Assembly: GCA_963781585.1 (NCBI GenBank)
Contig: CAWAGQ010000008.1
Coordinates: 224,001-288,000, forward strand
Length of the DNA stretch: 64,000 bases
Direction of reading: 5' to 3'
Source: an uncultured Gemmatimonadaceae bacterium
GTDB lineage: Bacteria; Gemmatimonadota; Gemmatimonadetes; Gemmatimonadales; Gemmatimonadaceae
Shown: positions 39,819-49,721 of the stretch, piece after piece
How positions within the stretch are numbered: position 1 is the stretch's first letter
Layout: each line of letters begins with the position of its first letter
Translations under genes and position numbers: made by a program
The notes under the pieces: generated by a model
What the model saw: the letters and a program-made list of their open reading frames with translations, nothing else
Databases searched by the model: none
What the model was told of the DNA's origin: nothing

Positions 39819-41696
39819 CTAGCGCACCGACACGATGATCCAGCGGTTCGCGTCCCGACGAAAGGTGGCGCGAAACGCCACGCGTTGCTGCTGTTCCTTC
39901 CCTGCGGCGTCGGTGTAGTCGTACGTGCCGCTCACCTCGGCCGTTGCTGAGGCGGCGTTGATCGTAGGGGTACCTGCCGCCAGTCTGGCGCGCAGCGACT
40001 TCACCGTCGCAAAGAACCGCTGGAATCCGTTCTGTTGCTCTGCGCTGATTGCGGGATACACTGCCTTGATTGCCGCAAGGTCGCGCGCTTCTATCGCCCG
40101 CGCATACTCGGCCACCAGAGCCGCAATCTCCACTGCCGCCGGCGGCGCCTCGGGTACGGTACGGCTCGGAGGCGGCGCCGCCACCTTGGGTGGTGACACA
40201 ACCGGGGGCGGCGCCACCCGCGAAAGTGCGCTGTCTGAAGTCGCCCGCGTACTGTCCGACTTTGCCGGTACCGCAGATGCGGACGCTGCACTCCCCATGG
40301 TTCTCTCCGCATCCGACCACGTGCTCCAGGCCTTGTTCATCCCCGCCACCGCATCCGCATAACGCTTCTGGGCAGCGAGCCGGTCCGCCACGACAAGCTG
40401 TGCATCCCCTTCCGCCAGCCTTGCCGCCGCAACCCCGCTGGCCGCTGCGCTGGCTCGCGCCCTCATGGCCGAGGCACGGACCTCCGTCACCACTGCCACC
40501 ATCTCCCCATCGGTCCGCGTGGGTGCCACAACTCCTTCCGCGCGGGACGACTTCGGGGCCGGTGTCGAGCTCGGCGGTGGCACAGACACCTTCGACACCG
40601 AGTCCCCGGAGCCGGCTGGTGGGCTTGGGGTCATCACCAGAGCTGCCGTATCGCTTCTCACCGACCCGAGGGCCTCCGCTGCCGGCCGCGAACGCCAGGT
40701 GTAGATCCAGGTCGCCCCCACCAGCCCCAGCGCTCCGACCACGCTGGCCACGATTGCGCGCGCCGGAGTCCACCGCCGGGATTCAAGATCGGCCCGTGAT
40801 CTCGTGCGGCGCTCGCCCGTACGCGCGGCGATCGTCGCTCCCAACGACAACGTCGACGTGGGCGCACCCGGACTCAGCGCAGCACGAATCGCCGTCAACT
40901 CGTTGGCCATCTCCTGCGCCGATTGATATCGCTCGCCAGACTCCTTGGCGAGTGCCTTACGCAGCACCGGATCAAGGGCCTTGGGAAGTTCCGGCGCGAC
41001 CATCGCCAGCGGCGGGGGGTCCTCCGAAACCACCTTGAACAACACGTTGTGCAGCGACTCGGCGCCAAACGCCTTGTGATGCGTGAGCAGCTCGTACAAT
41101 ACGGCAGCCGCGGCGAAGATGTCGGTTGCAGGGCCGACCTTTTGACCGGTCACTTGCTCGGGTGCCATGTAGTTCGGCGTCCCGACCATGACGCCGGTCG
41201 CCGTCATCTTGGTCGACTCCAGATGCGCGACGCCGAAGTCCATGATCTTCCCACGGCCATCCTCCGTCACGCGGATATTCGCGGGCTTGATATCGCGGTG
41301 TACGATGCCGCCACGATGCGCATACGTCAGGCCGACGAGCACGTCGATCATGATCCCGAGCTTGTCGTCCAGCGACATCGGAATCCGCTGCTCGATCATC
41401 TGCTCCAGATCGATGCCATCCACGTATTCCATCGCGATATAGAGGTGCCCGTCCACCTCCCCGAAGTCGTAGATCGTGACCACGTTCGGGTGCTGCAACG
41501 AGCCGGCTGCCTGTGCCTCGCGCATGAATCGGTCGCGCAGCGAGAGATCTCGCGCGATCGCATCGCTCATCACCTTGACAGCCACCGTGCGGTTGAGCAC
41601 CGGGTCGAGAGCACGATACACGTTGCCCATCGCACCCTCTCCCACCAACTCGAGGATCTGGTACTTGCCGACGAAAGTGGCCGGAGCGTTTGCCAT
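39819..41696 (-). CDS. Transmembrane Ser/Thr protein kinase with extracytoplasmic NTF2-like C-terminal domain
   Basis: 'GEGAMGNVY', 'VAVK', 'HRDIKPAN', 'DFG' and 'GTPNYMAPE'; one TM; C-terminal 'YARAIEARD...RWIIVSV'. Confidence 0.92.
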   Translation of the reverse strand: MANAPATFVGKYQILELVGEGAMGNVYRALDPVLNRTVAVKVMSDAIARDLSLRDRFMREAQAAGSLQHPNVVTIYDFGEVDGHLYIAMEYVDGIDLEQMIEQRIPMSLDDKLGIMIDVLVGLTYAHRGGIVHRDIKPANIRVTEDGRGKIMDFGVAHLESTKMTATGVMVGTPNYMAPEQVTGQKVGPATDIFAAAAVLYELLTHHKAFGAESLHNVLFKVVSEDPPPLAMVAPELPKALDPVLRKALAKESGERYQSAQEMANELTAIRAALSPGAPTSTLSLGATIAARTGERRTRSRADLESRRWTPARAIVASVVGALGLVGATWIYTWRSRPAAEALGSVRSDTAALVMTPSPPAGSGDSVSKVSVPPPSSTPAPKSSRAEGVVAPTRTDGEMVAVVTEVRASAMRARASAAASGVAAARLAEGDAQLVVADRLAAQKRYADAVAGMNKAWSTWSDAERTMGSAASASAVPAKSDSTRATSDSALSRVAPPPVVSPPKVAAPPPSRTVPEAPPAAVEIAALVAEYARAIEARDLAAIKAVYPAISAEQQNGFQRFFATVKSLRARLAAGTPTINAASATAEVSGTYDYTDAAGKEQQQRVAFRATFRRDANRWIIVSVR

Positions 41697-41913
41697 GGGG
41701 CGGGTGAGCGTCTGGTCCCGGACTCGATTCGGGACGTCTATAGTGGGCGCACCGCTCCCCGCTCGCAACTGTGTGCATCGAGGCGGGACACCGAAGCACG
41801 GGTGGCCCGCTCCCGTGACATCGCCCCGCGCGGAACCGACCCACTCCCTCCCGACCTGCACGGCGACCGCCGCCTGGGTGCCGTGTGCGGCGCCCCAGTG
41901 GTCGCACAATGCG

Positions 41914-42282
41914 TTAGGCGACGACGATTCTCAGTTGGATGTGATCACCGGGTTCGATCAGCACGTCCCGGCTGGTGATCGTAACCTGCGCTCCGAATCG
42001 TCGCACCATGAAACGCATCGAAGCCCGCGCCCGCGTCAGCGATCGAGGAAGCGTGAATGTCGTCTTCTGCATCGCGTGGACCACCCCGAGCTCCGTCGGT
42101 AGGCCCCCGTACACCACGTACACCACCATGTCATCGAGACGCTCATTCCGCACCTCGAGCACGGTCTTCGTGGAGTCGACCGGATCGGGAGTGGTCGTCT
42201 CCACGAGCACGGATTGCGCCCGCGCCGTCCCACCAACGGAAGCGACTGCCACGAGCGCCAGCATCACAACAAGGGGCCGCAT
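41914..42282 (-). CDS. Small secreted hypothetical protein
   Basis: GGAGG RBS; signal peptide; 'LEVRN...VVYVV...LGVV' beta-sandwich. Confidence 0.7.
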   Translation of the reverse strand: MRPLVVMLALVAVASVGGTARAQSVLVETTTPDPVDSTKTVLEVRNERLDDMVVYVVYGGLPTELGVVHAMQKTTFTLPRSLTRARASMRFMVRRFGAQVTITSRDVLIEPGDHIQLRIVVA

Positions 42283-42521
42283 GGTACCTCCCCGTTTCTT
42301 TGGGATGGAACCTCGGCCGTTGTCTACCCCTGCCGGTGGTACGGGTTCGAATCGGCACCCCCTCGAGCACCGTTCATGCCCTTTGGTGTCCTGCATCACG
42401 CCCGTATGGCGATGCGGCATCGGGATTTGAGCGAAGAGCACCGGGACCTCGCCATGGCTCGAGGTATTGCCTCGGCCCCCGAGAATCCGCCAGCACCTCG
42501 CCGCAGCACCGACCCTCCGAG

Positions 42522-42593
42522 AGGCGCGGGCCGGAATCGAACCGGCGAATGGGAGTTTTGCAGACTCCTGCCTTACCACTTGGCTACCGCGCC
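42522..42593 (-). tRNA. tRNA-Cys (GCA)
   Basis: GGCGCGG-TAGCCAAGTGGTAAGGC-A-GGAGT-CTGCAAA-ACTCC-...-GCCGGTTCGATTCCGGC-CCGCGCC-T cloverleaf; CCA not encoded. Confidence 0.97.
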
Positions 42594-42814
42594 CTGACCA
42601 CGGCAAGGTAGAGTCGACCAGACCCTTCCTCAAGCGTCCATACGCCCTGCCCAAGCGGAACACCCGACGCGCTCAAGGACACCCCTTCCTCGGCCCGCCG
42701 TCGCCGCGAGGTGTCGTGCGGAGTGACGTCACGGCATCTTGGTGCTGCAGGCCGGGACTTGCTCATGGCTTCCGTTGTCGATCATCCGTTCGCTTCCTCT
42801 CTCGCTATCGGGAC

Positions 42815-43783
42815 TTGCCGCCCTCAGTCACACCACCGCTGGTCCCCCTCGCCGCCATCCGCAACGCCCGCGACGCGATAGGCGCGCGACTGCATCGCAC
42901 ACCACTCGTCAGTTCGAGCTACCTCAGCCATGTCGTGGGTGCAGATGTCTCGCTCAAACTCGAGCTGTTTCAGAAGACGGGCTCCTTCAAGCCGCGCGGT
43001 GTACTCAATGCCCTGGCCACCCTCGATGCCGCTTCGCGCGCCCGCGGCGTCGTCTCCCTCTCCGCAGGGAATCACGCGCAGGCACTGGCATGGGGTGCTA
43101 CCACGCTCGGCATCCGCAGTACCATCATCATGCCCCTGACCGCTGCACGCTCGAAGGTCGACGCTACCCGAGCGTACGGCGGCGAAGTCGTCCAGACCGA
43201 GAATGACCTGCTCGGCACAACGCTGCAGGTCCAAAGCGAGCGTCACCTGACGATGGTGCATCCGTTCGACGATCCGCGGATAATCGCCGGACAGGGCACC
43301 GTAGGCCTCGAAATCCTGGAAGATGCGCCGGACGTGGACGTCGTGATCGTGGGCTGCGGTGGAGGCGGCCTGCTCTCCGGCGTCGCTGCGGCAATCAAGC
43401 AGACGCGTCCCGCGGCATACATCGTTGGCGTCGAGCCCGCGGGCGCGGATGCCATGCGACAGAGCATTGCCCGCGGAGAACCAGTGCGGCTTGAGAAAAT
43501 CGATACGATCGCCGACGGCCTGGCGGCGCCCTTCGCCGGCACCCTCACGCTTGCCCACGCCATCAGTTTCGTCGACGAGATCATCGCCCTGGAGGATCGT
43601 GAAATCCTCGACGGCATGCGCGTTCTCATGCAGCGTTGCAAGATCCTCCCCGAGCCCGCGGGGGCAGCCGCAACGGCCGCGCTCCTGACTGCACGCCTGA
43701 CCATTCCCCCGGGGGCGCGCGTGGTCAGCGTCGTGAGCGGCGGAAACGTCGACCTGCACCGACTCGCGACCTACCTCCAATAA
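42815..43783 (+). CDS. Threonine/serine dehydratase (PLP fold II); start approximate
   Basis: 'KLELFQKTGSFKPRG', 'SAGNHAQ', 'HPFDD..IAGQGT', 'GGGGL' and 'SGGNVD'. Confidence 0.9.
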   Translation: MPPSVTPPLVPLAAIRNARDAIGARLHRTPLVSSSYLSHVVGADVSLKLELFQKTGSFKPRGVLNALATLDAASRARGVVSLSAGNHAQALAWGATTLGIRSTIIMPLTAARSKVDATRAYGGEVVQTENDLLGTTLQVQSERHLTMVHPFDDPRIIAGQGTVGLEILEDAPDVDVVIVGCGGGGLLSGVAAAIKQTRPAAYIVGVEPAGADAMRQSIARGEPVRLEKIDTIADGLAAPFAGTLTLAHAISFVDEIIALEDREILDGMRVLMQRCKILPEPAGAAATAALLTARLTIPPGARVVSVVSGGNVDLHRLATYLQ

Positions 43784-43790
43784 CTCCGGT

Positions 43791-44801
43791 CTACCGTGTC
43801 CGGTGCGGCAGCCAGGGACCCTCCCACCTGGCATCCGTTCCGCGCACATCTACGTGCACGAACGGTCCGTGAGGCCCCATCGCCGCGTACGTCCCCAGCC
43901 CACCAATCAGGTCCGGGAACCGAGTCTCCAGTCGCGCGATGGCACTCGTGATGGGCCGAATGTCGCCCAGATCAGATCTTCCGTCCCGGTTGAGGTCGTC
44001 CATGCGCCCATCACCGTCCTCGTCGATCACCAGGTCTGCGGCGTCACCGTACTGGTGTCGACTCGCCCGCGCCATACCCTCTCCTTCGCCACGCTCGTTG
44101 TAGTACGGGGCCCGAAATCCGGAGAGAATCAGGGGATGATCCGCCGGATGGCCATGCGCTGACAGGTCCTCGAGAATGAGCTCGAGCTTGTCAATCAGCT
44201 TCGGTTCCAGAACCACGTACTTCGGCCAGACCGACTCCTGATCATGCGTTACGAACTCTCCCAGAAGGAAATGTCGCGACAGTCGAAGTGCTGCTGTCTC
44301 CGGCGTTACCTCGATGAAGCCATCGGGGTTGAGATAGTTTCGCGCCATGATCCAGCGTTCCGCCGGCCAGAGCCCGAGACGATACCCGTTCACGTATTCC
44401 CCGTGCTTGGAACCAAAGGGGCGGAGCGTGATGAGGGCGAACGAATCGGCTCCCGCTCGCACAAAGTGCGCAGCCGGAGTTCTTATTGCCGATTCGCCGA
44501 AACTCGTCAGGAATCCCGAGAGCCTTTCTGCAACCGAGGGCGTCAGCGTCGCAAACAGGACTACGCCGCTGTGCCCCCGCAACGAGTCCGGCAGAGCCAT
44601 GGTCACAGCAGCGCTGTCGGTTGCGCTGTCGCTCCTGGTCTCGTCAGGCACTGTCAGAGTCCCCGTCGGGCTTGCTCCGTAACCGGATCCTACGAAGGCC
44701 CGAAACGCCGCGTAGGCTCGCGTCGAAAGGACCACCAGCACGATGGCGCCGACGACAAGCGCAAGGCGGCGTTTGAACGATAGCGAAGGCCGATGACTCA
44801 T
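43791..44801 (-). CDS. Peptidase M15A (D-Ala-D-Ala metallopeptidase/YcbK-like)
   Basis: 'SGFRAPYYN', 'SRHQYGDAAD' and 'FVHVDVRG'; N-terminal TM. Confidence 0.85.
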   Translation of the reverse strand: MSHRPSLSFKRRLALVVGAIVLVVLSTRAYAAFRAFVGSGYGASPTGTLTVPDETRSDSATDSAAVTMALPDSLRGHSGVVLFATLTPSVAERLSGFLTSFGESAIRTPAAHFVRAGADSFALITLRPFGSKHGEYVNGYRLGLWPAERWIMARNYLNPDGFIEVTPETAALRLSRHFLLGEFVTHDQESVWPKYVVLEPKLIDKLELILEDLSAHGHPADHPLILSGFRAPYYNERGEGEGMARASRHQYGDAADLVIDEDGDGRMDDLNRDGRSDLGDIRPITSAIARLETRFPDLIGGLGTYAAMGPHGPFVHVDVRGTDARWEGPWLPHRTR

Positions 44802-44967
44802 CCGCGACAGGCTCCGTCAGCCCAGGCGTCGGGCGCGTGTCTTGACCCGGCAGGTCTGCCAAAGGTCCCAGCACCCTGCAACCCTCGCCCTCCGCAACCA
44901 GGCCAGAGGAGGTATCCTGCCAACCGCTTCATCCATCCCGGATCCGATCAGTGCATCCTGATTCGGC

Positions 44968-46640
44968 CTACCATGCCACTGCATATGCCTCCCGCCGGGG
45001 ATCGGCTCCCGCCAACCGCGCTCCTGATCGGTCAATCACGATCATTTGGGCGCCTCCGAACTCTGCGCTGGGCTCCTGCACCGTCACGCTCTGTCCCCTG
45101 CGCCTGAGATCACTGCGCACGTCTTCGCCAATTCCCGGTTCCACGGCGATGCGCCCCCGGTTGAACACACGCCAGCGCGGCGCCTCAACCGCCTGCTGGG
45201 GCGTCATCCCGAATCGCCAGACGTTGTTCAGGATCTGGATCAGCGTCTGTGGCTGACCATCTCCGCCCGGAGTCCCGAACACCGCCGCCAGTGACCGATC
45301 TGCATTCAGCGCCATCGCCGGACTCAGGGTGTGGAAAGGTCGCTTTCCCGGCGCGATCACGTTCGGGTGCGAGGGATCGAGGCTGAACAACGACCCCCGA
45401 TTCTGAAGAATGATCCCCGTACCAGGCACCATCCTCCCGCTCCCGAATTCGGCGAACAGACTCTGAATCATCGATACCGCGTTCCCATCCTTGTCCACTA
45501 CACAGAGGTAGACCGTATCGCCGGCCCCATCGAATGGCGGATTCCCCTGGTTAGGCGCGGCGACGCTGTCGATCCGAATGCGACTGCCCAGGTCCCGCGC
45601 ATACGCCTTCGACAGCAGCCGGTCCAGCGGAACAGGGGAAAACGCGGGATCGGCCAGATAACGGTCACGGTCGGAATAGGCCAGCTTGGCACCCTCGGCC
45701 AGGATGTGGATGTACGCAGCCGAGTTCCACCCCGCGTGCGTCAGGTCCGTCAGCTCCGCGAGATTGAGCATCTCGAGAAACGCCATGCCCTGCGAGTTTG
45801 GAGGGAATGCCAGCACCGTCCTTCCCAGATAGAGCGTGGATATTGGCTCCTCCCAGGTCGAGCGGTGACTGGACAGGTCCGGACCCGTTAGGAGCCCTCC
45901 CTCTTTCTCCATGAATTGCACAATCCTGCCGGCAAGGGCTCCGGAATACAGCCCCTCCGAGCCCTCGCGCGCGATTGTGCGAAGCGTGCCGGCGAGGTCG
46001 TGTTCGACCAGCATGCTGCCCGGTCGCGGCGCGGCGCCATCCTGCAGGAAAACCCGCGCAAGCTCCGGATCGGCCGCAACTTTTGCTTTCTCCTCCGTGA
46101 TATCGCTCCACAGCCGGCTGCTTACCGGAAAACCGCGCTCGGCATAGGAAATCGACGGCGCGAGTGCCTGGTCGAGCGTGATCGTTCCGAACCGCTTCAA
46201 CGCATCCTCCCAGGCCCGCACCGCGCCCGGTACTGAAACCGAGAGAATTCCCGTCGCCGGTACCGAATTGAGATTTCGCTCGGCAAAGAAGGCGGCGTCG
46301 CTCGAGCGCCGGCTCGTCCACTGCCATTCAGTGCGTACACGCGGCCGGTCCGCGCCTCGCGAATGAGAAGGAACGCATCTCCCCCCACGCCGTTCATGTG
46401 CGGCCGCACCACCGCCAGAACACCCGCCATCGTGATCGCGGCATCAACCGCGTTCCCCCCACGCCGCAACACCGCCGCGCCCGCCGCCGACGCCAGGGCA
46501 TGATCAGACACGACTGCAGCTTCTGATCCCATTACATCCGGACGCATCATTGGTCGCTGAGCTCCGAGCATGCCGGAAAGAGCAAGACCTGAAGTGAGAA
46601 TCAAGCCGTTGACAGCGGGCGCTCGGTGATGGACGGTCAT
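44968..46640 (-). pseudogene. ggt: Gamma-glutamyltransferase, split by a 1-bp frameshift near 46295
   Basis: N-part 'GGNAVDAAI..HMNGVGGDAF..ALNGSGRA' is in one frame; 'AFFAERN..SVSVPGAVRAW..GDTVYL..RPFHTL..GTPGGDGQPQ' is in another. Confidence 0.85.
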
Positions 46641-47108
46641 CAGTAGTTCCTCACTTCTGGCACAGGTGTGATGCATACCTTGGGAATTGTGGCGGCACGC
46701 GCAACCCACCTGGCACACCTTCGGCCAGACACGTGCCGATGAGACGAGGCACTGGCCAGCACATGCCTTCGCAGGCCAGGTATCGCCGGGGCGGGTGAGG
46801 GTCTGACTACGGCATCTGAGGCTGTCTGCCTTCCCAGACTCGGACTATACACTCTATGTCGCTGTCGGAGCAGCACTTGGAGCAACGATCTGATCATCCC
46901 GTACCGATGCGTGCTACGGCGACGTGAAGTTGCAGGGACTCGCTACGAAATCCTGGTAGTCCGCCAACGTTACCCTGTAAACAGGTGTTCCAGATGCGGG
47001 GCTGAACCTGTCTTGGCAGCATTTCGCGCTTTGACGGCGCACTCTATTCTTTGCACAATCGGCAGGCCACATTGCACGTTCCGCCGGAAATGCGTTAATT
47101 CATGCCCG

Positions 47109-47137
47109 ATTGCACCATGAATGGTGCAATACTTGCA
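47109..47137 (+). promoter_or_regulatory. Sigma54 -24/-12 promoter overlapped by an NtrC-like palindrome, upstream of GSIII
   Basis: TGGTGCAATACTTGCA (47122-47137) has exact GG-N10-GC spacing; palindrome ATTGCACCAT-GA-ATGGTGCAAT at 47109-47130. Confidence 0.75.
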
Positions 47138-47284
47138 CGAAAGAATGGTCACTGCATGGTCGGATCGTCTGAAAATCAGCACCGTGAGCTCCACGTTTCC
47201 GCGACGCACCCCCGTCCCATCATCTCTGAAGCCCGCTCCTCGTTCACCTCCGCTTTCGGTATCGACCTACTCCCCGGATCTCCC

Positions 47285-49519
47285 ATGGCGACAACCGCGA
47301 ACTCCACGCGCAAAGACGTCCTTCATGCCGTCTCCGCGCGTCTCGTGAAATCCACTCCTCCCTCCACCAACGGCACGGGGGTGCATCACGCCGCTCCGGT
47401 GTCCGAATACTTCGGCGTCAACACCTTTGGCGTTAGGCAGATGCGCTCGAAGCTCCCGGTGGATGCATGCGACAAGCTGGTCAGCGCCATCCGCCATGGC
47501 AAGAAACTCGACGTCGACATCGCCTCCACCGTCGCTCAGGCAATCAAGGAGTGGGCCATCGCACGCGGCGCAACCCACTTCACACATTGGTTCCAGCCGC
47601 AAACTGGCCTCACTGCTGAGAAGCACGATGCCTTCCTGACCTTCGACGAGAACCGCCAGCCGATCGAGCAGTTCTCCGCCGCCCAGTTGATCCAGAGCGA
47701 GCCAGACGCCTCGAGCTTCCCCTCCGGTGGATTGCGCGCCACCTGGGAAGCCCGCGGTTATACCGCCTGGAATCCCGCAAGTCCGGTCTTTGTCTTCGAA
47801 TCGGGAGGTGTGCGCACCCTCTGCATTCCATCCGTGTTCATTGGTTATAACGGAGAAGCGCTCGACGAGATGACGCCGCTGCTGCGCAGCTCAGACGTCC
47901 TGTCGGCAAAGGCGATCGAACTTCTCGAGCTGCTCGGGGACAAGCAGGTCTACCGCGTCTTCACCACGCTCGGCCCGGAGCAGGAGTACTTCCTGATCGA
48001 CCGCCAGCACTTTGCATTGCGACCGGATCTGGTCATGGCAAATCGCACGCTCGTCGGCGCCGCCCCACCAAGGGGACAGCAGCTCGAAGACCACTACTTC
48101 GCTGGCATTCCCGAACGCACCCATGCCTGCATTGCGGAGGTCGAACACGAGCTCTACAAGCTTGGAGTGCCGATCGTCACTCGACATAACGAGGTCGCAC
48201 CCTCGCAGTTCGAGATGGCGCCTGTCTTCGAGGAAACCGACATCGCCGTCGACCACAACCAGCTGGTCATGGCCCTGCTTCGACGCGTCGCCCTTCGCCA
48301 CGGCCTGCAGGCCATCGTTCATGAAAAACCGTTCGCGGGAATCAATGGCTCCGGGAAGCACTGCAATTGGTCCATGGCGGTTGCCGCAGACAGCGATCTC
48401 GATGGACTGAACTTGCTCAAGCCGGGACGCACACCCCACCAGAACCTCCGCTTCCTGCTCTTCCTTGCAGCCGTCCTCAAGGCGGTTCACGAACACGCCG
48501 GGCTCCTCCGGGCCGGCGTAGCCAGTTCCGGAAACGAGCATCGACTCGGTGCAAACGAAGCTCCCCCTGCAATCATCTCCGTCTTCATGGGCGACATGCT
48601 CACCCGCCTGATCGAAGGCATCATCGCCGGTCGCGCACACAGCAAGAGCGCCGAGCAGGAACTCATCCGACTCGGGGTCGCTAAGCTTCCGGAGATCGAG
48701 AAGGACAATACGGACCGCAATCGCACCTCTCCCTTCGCCTTCACCGGCGCCAAGTTCGAGTTCCGCGCCGTTGGCGGAGGCCAATCCATAGCTTGGCCCG
48801 TCACCCTGCTCAATGCCGCGGTTGCCGGTGCGATCGAGCACATCACCGACGATCTCCGCGCCGAGAAGAAGAAAACGCGCAACATCGACGATGCCGTCCT
48901 GCGCGTCGTTCGCCGCATCTTCAAGGAAACAGCGCCGGTACGCTTCGAGGGAAACAACTACGCGGAGTCGTGGGTGACCGAAGCGGCTCGCCGCGGACTT
49001 CCCAACTACCGCCGCACACCTGAGGCACTCGGCCAGCTCATTACCAGGAAGTCCCGCGCGTTGCTCGTCGGTCTCGGTGTTCTCACCGACCGCGAACTCG
49101 ACTCACGCTATCACGTGCGCATGGAAAGGTACGTGAAGGATATGCTCATCGAGCTGCACATGATGCGTGAAATGGTGGACACCATGGTACTCCCGGCCGC
49201 GTTCGGATACGCCGGAAGTCTCGCGGCCGCGGCAGCTCAGGCGAAGGCGGCCGGCATTAGGGAGATCCCCCAGATCGACCGCGCCAATGAGGTCGGCAAA
49301 CTCGCGAAGGAGCTCAAATCCAGGCGCGACGCGCTCGTGAAGGTCATCGAGAAAGCGGAAGCCGCGCACGACGACGCCACCAGGGCCGCATTGTTGCTTA
49401 CCGGCGACGGCGCGGCAGCCATGGAGATGGTCCGCATTGCCTCCGACTCGCTCGAGCTCCTGATTGCCGACGATCAGTGGCCGCTTCCAAAGTATCGCGA
49501 AATGCTGTTTCCCGTCTGA
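47285..49519 (+). CDS. Glutamine synthetase type III
   Basis: 'THWFQPQTGLTAEKHDAF', 'EPDASSFPSGG', 'HNEVAPSQFE', 'GINGSGKHCNWS', 'HRLGANEAPP', 'RNRTSPFAFTG..FEFR' and 'WPLPKYREMLF'. Confidence 0.96.
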   Translation: MATTANSTRKDVLHAVSARLVKSTPPSTNGTGVHHAAPVSEYFGVNTFGVRQMRSKLPVDACDKLVSAIRHGKKLDVDIASTVAQAIKEWAIARGATHFTHWFQPQTGLTAEKHDAFLTFDENRQPIEQFSAAQLIQSEPDASSFPSGGLRATWEARGYTAWNPASPVFVFESGGVRTLCIPSVFIGYNGEALDEMTPLLRSSDVLSAKAIELLELLGDKQVYRVFTTLGPEQEYFLIDRQHFALRPDLVMANRTLVGAAPPRGQQLEDHYFAGIPERTHACIAEVEHELYKLGVPIVTRHNEVAPSQFEMAPVFEETDIAVDHNQLVMALLRRVALRHGLQAIVHEKPFAGINGSGKHCNWSMAVAADSDLDGLNLLKPGRTPHQNLRFLLFLAAVLKAVHEHAGLLRAGVASSGNEHRLGANEAPPAIISVFMGDMLTRLIEGIIAGRAHSKSAEQELIRLGVAKLPEIEKDNTDRNRTSPFAFTGAKFEFRAVGGGQSIAWPVTLLNAAVAGAIEHITDDLRAEKKKTRNIDDAVLRVVRRIFKETAPVRFEGNNYAESWVTEAARRGLPNYRRTPEALGQLITRKSRALLVGLGVLTDRELDSRYHVRMERYVKDMLIELHMMREMVDTMVLPAAFGYAGSLAAAAAQAKAAGIREIPQIDRANEVGKLAKELKSRRDALVKVIEKAEAAHDDATRAALLLTGDGAAAMEMVRIASDSLELLIADDQWPLPKYREMLFPV

Positions 49520-49721
49520 CCTCCGTTGCCCTCCATTCGCCAGGTGGACGCGCCGGCTTCTCGCAGCGAGCCGGCGCGTGCTGCACAGTCCCTCGCACTC
49601 GCCGACGAGAATCCCGCGACTCACCGCTCCAGCCGACGCCGCCGTCCCCGACGACATCTCGTCATGGCGGGCGCGGCGCCCGTCTCTTGAACCGCTCCTG
49701 ATGACACGACCGGGAGACGAG

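Noticed and set aside
42330..42365. tRNA-like fragment (GGGTTCGAATC) near tRNA-Cys, possible att site
   Set aside because: T-stem does not pair, no cloverleaf, opposite strand to tRNA-Cys and not a copy of its 3' end; no integrase nearby.
47060..47076. Second sigma54 promoter CGGCAGGCCACATTGCA
   Set aside because: GG-to-GC spacing is one base too long, and sigma54 spacing is strict.
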